Shown: positions 1 through 9,005 of the stretch, piece after piece | How the letters are laid out: each line of letters opens with the position of its first letter | Numbering within the stretch: the stretch's first letter is position 1 | Assembly: GCA_035559535.1 (NCBI GenBank) | Contig: DATMBG010000016.1 | Location: 1-56,230, forward strand | Length of the DNA: 56,230 bases | Direction of reading: 5' to 3' | Source of the DNA: Candidatus Limnocylindrales bacterium | Lineage (GTDB): Bacteria > Moduliflexota > Moduliflexia > Moduliflexales > JAUQPW01 | Notes under the pieces: generated by a model | What the model was told of the DNA's origin: nothing | Databases searched by the model: none | Seen by the model: the letters and a program-made list of their open reading frames with translations, nothing else | Program-made: the position numbers and the translations under genes

Positions 1-3
1 GAA

Positions 4-1278
4 GTTGGAAGGCCGATAAGAACCAAACAGGGATTGAAACCTGAAATGTATACCTTTTCTCCCATTTTTTTTTCTAGGTTGGAAGGCCGATAAGAACCCA
101 ACAGGGATTGAAACTATTGACCAGCCAGACCCCCTCATTAAAAAGTTGGGTTGGAAGGCCGATAAGAACCCAACAGGGATTGAAACTTCTTTTTCTTCTT
201 TTATATTCCTGTTCCGTCTCGTTGGAAGGCCGATAAGAACCCAACAGGGATTGAAACAGCTCTACCGATTTTGAGAAAAAATGAACCAAACCGGTTGGAA
301 GGCCGATAAGAACCCAACAGGGATTGAAACTTGAATAGTGCCAATGCGCCGGAATATGTGAAGGAGTTGGAAGGCCGATAAGAACCCAACAGGGATTGAA
401 ACTCTTCTAATTCTTCTAAAAAATCCATCCAGGTCATGTTGGAAGGCCGATAAGAACCCAACAGGGATTGAAACACCTCTTTAGCTACAGAATATGCTCA
501 GTTAAATGCTGCGTTGGAAGGCCGATAAGAACCCAACAGGGATTGAAACTAAAATCAGCCGGCCCATTTTCATTGATTTTTTTCTGGGTTGGAAGGCCGA
601 TAAGAACCCAACAGGGATTGAAACCATCTCAAAATGCCGCTCCATTATTCTTCCGGTTTAGTTGGAAGGCCGATAAGAACCCAACAGGGATTGAAACGCC
701 TTTTTTATGATTAGCGGGATTTGGGGCATTTGGTTGGAAGGCCGATAAGAACCCAACAGGGATTGAAACATCTTTCAACTTCTCTCTACCATCAATAAAG
801 AACTTGTTGGAAGGCCGATAAGAACCCAACAGGGATTGAAACGGAAATCCAAAAGGGGGCGTTATTAAAGCTCTTTGCGTTGGAAGGCCGATAAGAACCC
901 AACAGGGATTGAAACTACAACCGCAAGGCTAGCCGTGGAGGGGAGTAGCAGGTTGGAAGGCCGATAAGAACCCAACAGGGATTGAAACTTTATAAGTTTA
1001 GGAGGTACCAGGAGTTCTGCGGGGGTTGGAAGGCCGATAAGAACCCAACAGGGATTGAAACATTTTTTTCACAAAAAAAAAGAAGGGCTGCTTTCCGTTG
1101 GAAGGCCGATAAGAACCCAACAGGGATTGAAACGAAAAACTTGGAATCCAAATCCCAGGGGAGTGGAAGTTGGAAGGCCGATAAGAACCCAACAGGGATT
1201 GAAACTCTGGACCGATTTTGGATTATATTCCTATTCCTTTGGTTGGAAGGCCGATAAGAACCCAACAGGGATTGAAAC
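4..1278 (+). CRISPR. CRISPR array, 18 repeats / 17 spacers, probably truncated at the left window edge
   Basis: 37-bp repeat GTTGGAAGGCCGATAAGAACCCAACAGGGATTGAAAC at 4, 78, 150, 221, 294, 366, 438, 513, 588, 661, 733, 806, 879, 952, 1025, 1097, 1169 and 1242; unique spacers of 34-38 bp. Orientation inferred from the 3' ATTGAAAC handle. The first copy has one C>A change. Confidence 0.99.
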
Positions 1279-1338
1279 TGAAAGCTTAACGTTTGTCAGT
1301 TGCCCTTTGAAGATCTACCCAGGTGGAGTAGAAGCGAA

Positions 1339-1370
1339 GAGTAGGGGCGCATGGCTGTGCGCCCCTACTC
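1339..1370. repeat. GTAG-type REP-like palindrome (family A)
   Basis: GAGTAGGGGCGCATGGCTGTGCGCCCCTACTC; related copies at 2082, 2673, 6814, 12842, 15367, 17747, 17941 and 17997. Confidence 0.85.
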
Positions 1371-1386
1371 TATTTTAAGGGGAGAG

Positions 1387-1911
1387 TAGTACTTTGTTTA
1401 CCTAGTTTTGTTTAACGTTTAAGTGGTCCTCACCCCCGGCCCCTCTCCCACGCTGCGGGAGAGGGGAGCTGGGGAGTGAAAGCAGCCCTATGAGGCCAAA
1501 ATTAAGTAAACAGTGTAGTAGTGCTTTGTAAAGTTAATTCTGTGTGATTCCCCTCACACCCCCAGACCTCCATAAGCACCAGGTTAAGCTGAAAAGCCCT
1601 GTCAGGGACGAACTGCCAGAAATTGGTTTCTCAAATCGGTAGCCCCCGACTTGCGTCGGGGGTTTCGGTCATCTGTGAAACAGGTCCCCCCGCCGAGGCT
1701 AACCGACTTGTCAACCGGGGACGGTTAGCCTACTTATTCCGCTCCCATCCCTCACCCCCAGTTCCCCTCTTCTGTAGGGATGAGGGGCCCTTCATCCCTA
1801 CAGAAGAGGGGGAACTGGGGGGCCGGGGGGAGGATAGGGGGAGGGTGAGGGGAGAAGGGCCGAAGGTCAGGGCCACTTAAAAGTCAGGTAAAACTAAGTA
1901 AACAAGGTACT
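1387..1911. mobile_element. MITE-like composite element with ~47-bp imperfect terminal inverted repeats
   Basis: Left end TAGTACTTTGTTTACCTAGTTTTGTTTAACGTTTAAGTGGTCCTCACC is the near reverse complement of GGTCAGGGCCACTTAAAAGTCAGGTAAAACTAAGTAAACAAGGTACT (1865-1911). A short sibling lies at 49431-49494. No transposase inside. Confidence 0.65.
1579..1662. repeat. Bipartite hairpin repeat (CGTCCC../CCCCCGAC family)
   Basis: CCAGGTTAAGCTGAAAAGCCCTGTCAGGGACGAA plus CCCCCGACTTGCGTCGGGGG; inverted sibling at 52027-52090 and partial copy at 18027-18049. Confidence 0.75.
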
Positions 1912-1921
1912 CAAGATGACC

Positions 1922-1950
1922 TTGTAAAAGTCCCGGTTTATCGGTATACT
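1922..1950 (+). promoter_or_regulatory. Putative sigma70 promoter upstream of the hyp cluster
   Basis: TTGTAA-N17-TATACT. Confidence 0.45.
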
Positions 1951-2081
1951 TTAAGTAAGGCTTTAAGGAAAGAGGAAATGAACCTGGATCTGAATTTCTC
2001 AATGACCTCTTTGGAATGGGAAGCGAATTGATGGGCTGATGGCTTTAAAGAAGGGGACTTTATCCGATGCAGAGCGGGCAC

Positions 2082-2112
2082 AGTAGGGGCACGGCGGCGC
2101 CGTGCCCCTACT
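2082..2112. repeat. GTAG-type REP-like palindrome (family A)
   Basis: AGTAGGGGCACGGCGGCGCCGTGCCCCTACT. Confidence 0.85.
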
Positions 2113-2315
2113 TCTCAAATTTCTCTACTTCAGGATAGAGGGAATCAGATCATCAACAAACCCATGGGGAAATGAAAGTCAGGGTAAAAAAGAGCCGTTC
2201 GATCAAATAAAACCAATTTTAATTTGAAACTTGTGATGTCTATATTAAAAATTAGATCCCTGTAAAGGTTCAAGGCAAAGTATGAAGTATCAAACAGATC
2301 ACGAAAGAAATCAAA

Positions 2316-2672
2316 ATGCATGAGATGGGACTCGCTAAGGCTATTTTAACCGTAGCACTGAATGCGGCAGAAGGTCAAAAAGTGCAACGAATCTGTTTGC
2401 AGATTGGAAAATTGCAGATGGTGGCGCCGGATAGTCTTGAGTTCTCATTCCAATTGGTGGCCGAGGGTACAACAGCAGCAAAAGCTGTGCTGGAGATCGT
2501 GGAAGTCCCTCCTTGCCTACGCTGCAAGCAATGTGGAGCCCAAAGTGAATTCAATCATCCGCCGTTTACCTGCACACGCTGCGGTGTTTCTGATATGGAG
2601 ATTGTGTCAGGAAACCAGGTCTTAGTAGATGCCGTGGAGCTGGAAAACGGTGTTACCATCAAATGCCGATGA
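2316..2672 (+). CDS. hypA: Hydrogenase maturation nickel metallochaperone HypA
   Basis: N-terminal MHE motif, two CxxC (CKQC, CTRC), context of hyp genes. Confidence 0.96.
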   Translation: MHEMGLAKAILTVALNAAEGQKVQRICLQIGKLQMVAPDSLEFSFQLVAEGTTAAKAVLEIVEVPPCLRCKQCGAQSEFNHPPFTCTRCGVSDMEIVSGNQVLVDAVELENGVTIKCR

Positions 2673-2731
2673 GAGTAGGGGCACAAGGCCTTGTGCCCCT
2701 ACTCAAGGCACAAGGCCTTGTGCCCCTACTC
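2673..2731. repeat. REP-like palindrome with 27-bp tandem duplication
   Basis: GAGTAGGGGCACAAGGCCTTGTGCCCCTACTC followed by AAGGCACAAGGCCTTGTGCCCCTACTC. Confidence 0.85.
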
Positions 2732-2773
2732 AAGCCTATCATCTGTCAGACGATCATCAACGACCTGATACCC

Positions 2774-5236
2774 ATGAGTCTTAAAGAAATTAAGAAGATC
2801 CAGAATAAAGTCAAAATAGAAGGGAATAGACGTCTCAAGATTATTCTACGGGGAGCTGTTCAAGGGGTTGGATTTAGACCTTTTATCTACCGCCTGGCAA
2901 CCCAACTCGAACTTCAGGGCTGGGTCTTAAACTCTCCCGAGGGAGTGCTTATTGAAGTCGAAGGTAAAGAAGAAAATTTAAATGCCTTTTTGCTCCACTT
3001 AGATAAAGAAAAACCACCCAGATCAATAATCCAAAGCCTTGAGTTCTCTCTTCTGGACCCCGTGGGTTTTAATAGCTTCGAGATAAGAAAAAGCGAAGCA
3101 ACAGGGGAGAAAAGAGCCCTTGTTCTCCCTGAAATAGCTACCTGTTCTGAATGCAGGGAGGAAGTATTCGACTCTCTCGATCGTCGCTTTCTTTATCCGT
3201 TTACAAATTGTACAAACTGTGGCCCCCGCTTTACTATCATTGAGGCACTTCCCTACGATAGACAGAACACCTCCATGAAGATCTTCAAGATGTGTCCAGA
3301 ATGCCGCGATGAGTACGAAGAACCCCAAAATAGGCGGTTCCATGCCGAACCAAATGCTTGTTCTGCATGTGGACCAACCCTGGAACTCTGGACTCCGAAA
3401 AGAGAGCCTATCGCAAAGGGACATAGAGCCCTTATCGCTGCAGCCGAAGCGGTAAGAGGTGGAAAAATTCTAGCCCTAAAGGGTTTGGGCGGATTTCACC
3501 TTATCGTAGATGCAAGGAATGAAAAGGCTGTAATTAAACTTCGTGAAAGGAAAGGACGAGAAGAAAAACCTTTTGCCCTTATGTTTCCGTCTTTGGATAC
3601 GGTAAAAAAATATTGTGAGGTCTCATCCTTTGAAGAACGCCTTCTCTGCTCTCCGGAAAGCCCTATTGTACTTCTTAAAAGATACCCCACAGGAGTCCGG
3701 CAAACCGGTTCCCTGGCTGCCAGAGGGAAGTTAAGAACGATGAACAAAAAGATAGCTCCCAGTGTAGCTCCTCATAACCCTTATCTGGGTGTCATGCTAC
3801 CTTATACGCCCCTTCACCATCTCCTGATGCAAGAACTTGGCTTTCCTGTTGTGGCTACAAGTGGGAACCTGACCGATGAACCGATCGTAATTGATGAAAA
3901 AGAAGCTCTGATCCGCCTTCAAGGAATTGCCGATCTCTTTTTGGTCCATAACCGTCCCATTATAAGGCATGTGGATGATTCCATTGCACGCGTAATCCTG
4001 GGAAGAGAGCTCCTCCTCAGACGTGCAAGGGGATATGCCCCTCTTCCCATCCGCCCTGTACAAACCCTTAATGGTAGCCCCCCTCTTCCTTCCCCGTCCA
4101 CGGGGAGGGTAGGGTGGGGGCTATCGGGGGGAATTAATCGTGCACCCTTGCCTAAAATTCTGGCTGTAGGAGCTCATCTAAAAAATACCATAGCAATTTC
4201 TCTGGGAGACCAGATATTTATGAGTCAGCATATAGGCGACCTTGAAACACAGGAAGCTTATGAGGCTTTTCAAAGGGTTATAAGGGACTTTAAAAAGCTC
4301 TACGAATTTGAACCTGAAGGGGTTGCCTGCGATATGCATCCGGATTTCCTTTCTACTAAGTACGCGAAAAGCCTGGGCCTGCCTGTGATAGAGATTCAAC
4401 ACCATCACGCCCATGTGGCTGCCTGTATGGCAGAGAATGAGTTAGAAGGTCCTGTTTTAGGAGTCTCCTGGGATGGAACAGGATACGGTACTGATGGAAC
4501 TATCTGGGGTGGTGAATTCCTTTGGGCTGATTATATTTCATTTCGACGGGTTTACCACTTTAGAACCTTTAGACTCCCCGGGGGGGAGAAGGCAATCCAT
4601 GAACCAAGAAGGACAGCTCTGGGGATTCTCTATGAACTCTTTGGTGAAGAAGCCGAACAGGTTATGGAAAAAAAGGAGATCCCCTTTCTTCGAACCTTTT
4701 GTGAAGAGGAGCTTAGAATTCTCGGGCAGATGATAAGGAAAGGGATAAATTCTCCCCTTACATCAAGTGCTGGACGTATCTTTGACGCCGTAGCTGCTTT
4801 AATAAACTTGAGGCAACGGGTGAGTTTTGAAGGACAGGCAGCTATGGAACTTGAATACGTGACCAGAGAGGGAATCAACTCCTCCTATCCCTTTGAAATC
4901 ACAAACCAAGAAATTATAGATTGGACTCCAATGATTTTAGCCCTCTTAGAAGATCTTCAAAAAGGAACGTCAAAGGATGTGATAGGAACAAAGTTCCATA
5001 ATACCCTCTCTGAAATTATCCTGCAGGTAGCTCATCTTATGGGTATGGAGAAAGTCGTGTTAACAGGAGGTGTATTTCAAAATCGATACTTAACCGAGCG
5101 TACCTGGAGAAGACTTGAGGAAGAAGGATTCAAACCCTATATCCATCAGCGAGTACCCCCCAATGATGGGGGTATATCCTTTGGACAAGTCATGGTAGCT
5201 GCTTCCCGTTTTTTGACATCCGTCCAGGGCTGTTGA
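2774..5236 (+). CDS. hypF: Carbamoyltransferase HypF
   Basis: Acylphosphatase motif GAVQGVGFRPF, Zn fingers CxxC x4, KGLGGFHL, QHHHAH, WDGTGYG, PPNDGG. Start moved from 2663 to ATG 2774 because the upstream in-frame part is REP sequence. Confidence 0.97.
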   Translation: MSLKEIKKIQNKVKIEGNRRLKIILRGAVQGVGFRPFIYRLATQLELQGWVLNSPEGVLIEVEGKEENLNAFLLHLDKEKPPRSIIQSLEFSLLDPVGFNSFEIRKSEATGEKRALVLPEIATCSECREEVFDSLDRRFLYPFTNCTNCGPRFTIIEALPYDRQNTSMKIFKMCPECRDEYEEPQNRRFHAEPNACSACGPTLELWTPKREPIAKGHRALIAAAEAVRGGKILALKGLGGFHLIVDARNEKAVIKLRERKGREEKPFALMFPSLDTVKKYCEVSSFEERLLCSPESPIVLLKRYPTGVRQTGSLAARGKLRTMNKKIAPSVAPHNPYLGVMLPYTPLHHLLMQELGFPVVATSGNLTDEPIVIDEKEALIRLQGIADLFLVHNRPIIRHVDDSIARVILGRELLLRRARGYAPLPIRPVQTLNGSPPLPSPSTGRVGWGLSGGINRAPLPKILAVGAHLKNTIAISLGDQIFMSQHIGDLETQEAYEAFQRVIRDFKKLYEFEPEGVACDMHPDFLSTKYAKSLGLPVIEIQHHHAHVAACMAENELEGPVLGVSWDGTGYGTDGTIWGGEFLWADYISFRRVYHFRTFRLPGGEKAIHEPRRTALGILYELFGEEAEQVMEKKEIPFLRTFCEEELRILGQMIRKGINSPLTSSAGRIFDAVAALINLRQRVSFEGQAAMELEYVTREGINSSYPFEITNQEIIDWTPMILALLEDLQKGTSKDVIGTKFHNTLSEIILQVAHLMGMEKVVLTGGVFQNRYLTERTWRRLEEEGFKPYIHQRVPPNDGGISFGQVMVAASRFLTSVQGC

Positions 5237-5247
5237 ATATTCAACAT

Positions 5248-5276
5248 GGCAGGTCAAACGTCCCATTTGACCTGCC
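5248..5276. repeat. REP-like palindrome (family C, AGGTYAAACGTCYCRTTTGAC)
   Basis: GGCAGGTCAAACGTCCCATTTGACCTGCC; relatives at 8816-8835 (reverse), 24545-24591 (two copies) and 41906-41930 (reverse). Confidence 0.7.
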
Positions 5277-5339
5277 ATATAAGGGTAAAACTAACTTAAT
5301 CCCATACCTTTGATCCACGACTAAAAAGGAGATGAGAGA

Positions 5340-5597
5340 ATGTGTCTGGCAATTCCCGGAAAAGTAGTTGAAATTTTCCATGAAAACGGGCTTAAAATGG
5401 GTAAGGTCGATTTTGATGGGATCACCCGAAAAGCCTGTTTTGAATATGTACCGGATATACAGCTTGGGGATTATGTTCTGGTTCATGTAGGATTTGCCTT
5501 AAGCAAGGTTGATGAAGAAGAAGCCAAAAAGGTTTTTGAGTTCCTGGATCAGATGAATGAACTTGGAGAACTTAGAACCCTCCAGGAAGACAACTAA
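5340..5597 (+). CDS. hypC: HypC/HupF hydrogenase chaperone
   Basis: MCLAIPG N-terminus, GDYVLVHVGFA. Confidence 0.98.
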   Translation: MCLAIPGKVVEIFHENGLKMGKVDFDGITRKACFEYVPDIQLGDYVLVHVGFALSKVDEEEAKKVFEFLDQMNELGELRTLQEDN

Positions 5598-5629
5598 AAA
5601 TAGAGGTCATTTTTAGTAGGGTTTAAACC

Positions 5630-6739
5630 ATGAAATACCTTGATGAATATAGAAATGAAGAGACCATCTCTCGCATGGTAGATAAGATCCACCAGTTGGT
5701 GAAGCATCCCTGGGTTATCATGGAAGTCTGTGGCGGGCAGACCCATACGATTGTTAAATACGGAATCGATGAACTTCTTCCCAAAGAAGTTACGCTGGTT
5801 CACGGTCCTGGATGCCCGGTGTGTGTGACCTCCCTTGAGATGATCGACAAAGCCTTGGAAATAGCCTCTCGCCCCGACGTTATTTTCTGCTCCTTCGGAG
5901 ATATGCTGAGGGTTCCAGGTTCCAAAAGAGACCTCCTTGCCGTTAAATCGGAGGGAGGAGAGGTAAGAATCGTTTACTCCCCCCTGGATGCTCTGAAGAT
6001 AGCCCAGAATAATCCCCATAAGAAGGTGGTTTTTTTTGCTGTGGGTTTTGAGACAACGGCTCCGGCAAACGCCATGGCAGTATGGCAGGCCAAAAAGTTA
6101 GGGATAAAAAACTTTTCCCTCTTGGTCTCCCATGTCCTCGTCCCTCCTGTAATTGCCTCCATCCAACAGTCACCCCAGAATCGTATTCAGGGATACCTGG
6201 CTGCCGGACATGTCTGTACCATCATGGGGTGGAAAGAGTATGAACCGATTTCAGCCCATTATAAGGTTCCCATTGTAGTCACCGGGTTTGAACCTTTGGA
6301 TATACTCCAGGGTGTCTACCTGGTCGTAAAACAATTAGAGGAGGGAAGGGCCGGGGTTGAAAATCAGTATGCAAGAGCTGTAAAGCGCGAGGGAAATATA
6401 TCCGCTCAAAGGCTCATATTCAACGTTTTTGAAGTCACAGATAGAAAGTGGCGAGGAATAGGAATTATTCCGAAAAGTGGTTATAAGCTGAGGCATGAGT
6501 TCGGGGAATACGACGCAGAACGACTCTTTGAGGTTGATGAGATAAAGGCCCAGGAGTCTCCTGCCTGTATAAGCGGCCAGATTCTAAAAGGCTTAAAGAA
6601 ACCGCATGAGTGCCCAGCCTTCGGTAAAGAATGTACCCCCGGACATCCGCTGGGAGCCACCATGGTATCTTCGGAAGGAGCATGCGCCGCTTATTACAAC
6701 TATGGCAGATATTTAAAGCTACCAGCCATGAGTCCTTAA
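5630..6739 (+). CDS. hypD: Hydrogenase formation protein HypD
   Basis: [22 protein letters not shown]-terminal Cys cluster and [12 protein letters not shown]. Confidence 0.98.
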   Translation: MKYLDEYRNEETISRMVDKIHQLVKHPWVIMEVCGGQTHTIVKYGIDELLPKEVTLVHGPGCPVCVTSLEMIDKALEIASRPDVIFCSFGDMLRVPGSKRDLLAVKSEGGEVRIVYSPLDALKIAQNNPHKKVVFFAVGFETTAPANAMAVWQAKKLGIKNFSLLVSHVLVPPVIASIQQSPQNRIQGYLAAGHVCTIMGWKEYEPISAHYKVPIVVTGFEPLDILQGVYLVVKQLEEGRAGVENQYARAVKREGNISAQRLIFNVFEVTDRKWRGIGIIPKSGYKLRHEFGEYDAERLFEVDEIKAQESPACISGQILKGLKKPHECPAFGKECTPGHPLGATMVSSEGACAAYYNYGRYLKLPAMSP

Positions 6740-6982
6740 TTGCCAACCCCTAAAGGATCCAAAATCTAAGATAAGAGACTCGTAGTCACAACAGGGAAGT
6801 GGAAAAGGCCGTTAGTAGGGGCACGGCGGCGCTATACCCGAACTCAGTGGGACGCCCATGCTCCCAAGCTTCCTCATCCCCCGCTTGCGGGGGATGAGGG
6901 GGAGAGAGAAGGAAATTATCTAACTTCTTTCCTCACCGACTTTTCCATAAAAAATCGGTGATTCAAAATAAAGAAGGCTTCA

Positions 6983-8038
6983 ATGTCCGAAAACGTCGAA
7001 TTCGTCCTTAGTTGTCCTTTACCAATAACAGATTATAAAAATATACTTCTCGGTCACGGAAGCGGAGGAAAACTATCCGCGGATCTGATAAAGAAAATAT
7101 TTCTTTCGCAATTTAAAAATCCCTATCTCGGACCTCTTAACGATGCGGCTGTTTTTGAGGTAAATGGAACAAGACTTGCGTTTACAACAGACTCCTATGT
7201 GGTAAATCCTATATTTTTTCCGGGAGGAGATATTGGAAAGCTTGCGGTTAATGGGACTATCAATGACCTTGCGGTAAGTGGTGCAAGACCTCTTTATATA
7301 AGTGCAGCCTTTATTCTTGAAGAGGGCTTTCCCGTAGAAAACCTATGGAAGATCGTTCTTTCCATGAAAAGCGCCTGCGAAGAAACCGGGGTTTTACTGG
7401 TTACAGGAGATACAAAAGTAGTAGATAAAGGAAAAGGAGATAAAGTTTTTATAAATACCTCGGGTATAGGGATAGTCGAAAAGGATATCCAGATCTCTTC
7501 TGACCGGGCAAGACCGGGGGATAAAGTCATCCTAAGTGGTGCAATAGGAATTCATGGGATTGCTATTCTGTCCGTCAGAGAAGGACTGGAATTTGAGACT
7601 CATATCTTAAGTGATACGGCCCCGTTAACCTCTCTGGTCATGGATATGTTGAGTGTAAGTACAAAAATCCATTGTATGCGGGATCCCACACGGGGCGGGA
7701 TTGCAAGTGCCCTCAATGAGATTGCCTCTAGCTCCAAAGTCGGAATCAGAATAGAAGAAAATAAAATCCCTATACCGAGAGAAGTCCAAGGAGCCTGCGA
7801 GATGTTAGGGTTGGACCCTCTGTATGTAGCCAACGAGGGAAAACTCATTGCCATCGTGGATAGAGAAGATGCCGAACGTATAGTTGAAAAGATGAAGACC
7901 CATGCTTTAGGTAGAGAAGCCGCTATTATCGGAGAAGTCCTTGATGATCACCCCGGTATAGTTTTTATGAAAACCCGAATAGGCGGTACACGGGTGGTTG
8001 ATATGTTGACCGGAGAGCAACTTCCAAGAATTTGTTGA
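6983..8038 (+). CDS. hypE: Carbamoyl dehydratase HypE
   Basis: HGSGG, TTDSYVV, GDTKVV, RDPTRGG, C-terminal PRIC. Confidence 0.98.
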   Translation: MSENVEFVLSCPLPITDYKNILLGHGSGGKLSADLIKKIFLSQFKNPYLGPLNDAAVFEVNGTRLAFTTDSYVVNPIFFPGGDIGKLAVNGTINDLAVSGARPLYISAAFILEEGFPVENLWKIVLSMKSACEETGVLLVTGDTKVVDKGKGDKVFINTSGIGIVEKDIQISSDRARPGDKVILSGAIGIHGIAILSVREGLEFETHILSDTAPLTSLVMDMLSVSTKIHCMRDPTRGGIASALNEIASSSKVGIRIEENKIPIPREVQGACEMLGLDPLYVANEGKLIAIVDREDAERIVEKMKTHALGREAAIIGEVLDDHPGIVFMKTRIGGTRVVDMLTGEQLPRIC

Positions 8039-8142
8039 GAATAGCTACCCCTCGCCCCTGGCGGAGCTGGCTGATACCCATTAAAAATTGATATAAATAC
8101 CAAACCTTTTTCAGAGTCGACAAAAAGGAAAAATACACGGAA

Positions 8143-8763
8143 ATGAAAAGGTTATTCCTCTGGATCTTCTTTTTATCATCAGGATTATGGAGTTGTTCAA
8201 AATTACCCCGGGAATCTCCAGGACCTCTAACACCTATAACCCCGGAAGGAACTCTTGTGATTCGCTTCCAGGAATATGGGGCCTCTTTTACCAAAACCCA
8301 GAAAAACACCATTGAAAATTATGCAAAACCTATCCGAAGAATAATCCCGGCAGGGGAAAGCTGGATCTTAATTGCAAATTCATACTCGGATGAGGAATGG
8401 TTAAAAGCTTTCGGAAATTACTGCTCAGGATCAGGCCTCCTTAAGTCTAAAGGAGGTATTTTGATAGACAGGTTCTACGACGCTCATATCTGGATCGGGA
8501 TCTCCCTGAAAAGTGACCGATGCCTGAAGGCTTTTCAAGCTTATAAGTATTTGAAACCTGTCATCTCTAACCATGAGTCTCTCTTTAACGAAGAAATCAA
8601 ATACCACTTCTCTGAAATTTATAATCGATTAAATATAACCTGGACTCCCACCCTGTCTCCCCCGTCCATAGGAAGGAATAAGATGGAAGCTATACCCTAT
8701 ACCCTCAATAAAGAAGTCGCTAACCGCCTGATGTGCACAGACTATTGCTTTGATAAGTTGTAG
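8143..8763 (+). CDS. Hypothetical lipoprotein
   Basis: 206-aa ORF with signal peptide ending in a lipobox-like LWSC; no recognisable family. Confidence 0.7.
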   Translation: MKRLFLWIFFLSSGLWSCSKLPRESPGPLTPITPEGTLVIRFQEYGASFTKTQKNTIENYAKPIRRIIPAGESWILIANSYSDEEWLKAFGNYCSGSGLLKSKGGILIDRFYDAHIWIGISLKSDRCLKAFQAYKYLKPVISNHESLFNEEIKYHFSEIYNRLNITWTPTLSPPSIGRNKMEAIPYTLNKEVANRLMCTDYCFDKL

Positions 8764-9005
8764 CAAACTCTATCTGCTCTCCTTTATGCATCAAAAGCTA
8801 CACCAAAACCTCTTATCAAACGAGACGTTTAACCTCCCTGCGCTCTACCTTCCAAAGGTATAAAAACTTCTTGACGAGATATAGGGAAAAATAGTACAAC
8901 AAGTAATTAAAGCAGCACAGGGCACTATCAAAGTGCTTACAGGTCTTACCAAGGGGGATCTTTAATTATCATCGTAATTTCTTCTAAAGGGGAGGAGGAG
9001 GTACC

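Noticed and set aside
41-1241. Spacer strand bias suggesting RNA-targeting type III
   Set aside because: Some spacers read as coding on the minus strand (1, 3, 6, 8, 11) but others on the plus strand (7, 12, 16, 17); no consistent bias by eye
41-1241. Self-targeting spacers or an anti-repeat (tracrRNA) within the window
   Set aside because: No match seen by eye; not exhaustively computed
74-1378. ORFs across the CRISPR array
   Set aside because: They are translations of repeats and spacers
1978-2175. Short ORF with in-frame TGA upstream of hypA, considered as a selenoprotein or leader peptide
   Set aside because: No SECIS-like hairpin directly after the TGA; the downstream hairpin is a REP; no recognisable protein
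2663-2773. N-terminal extension of HypF with duplicated AQGLVPLLK
   Set aside because: It is the translation of a duplicated REP; the true start is more likely 2774
8816-8835. Shared 20-bp motif with 24549-24568 as a transcription-factor operator
   Set aside because: Further copies with GTAG ends (41906, 5248) show it is a REP-like family
8910-8965. c-di-GMP-I riboswitch-like GCACAGGGCA upstream of the rod gene
   Set aside because: The GCAAACC/GNRA/GACGCAAAG core is absent
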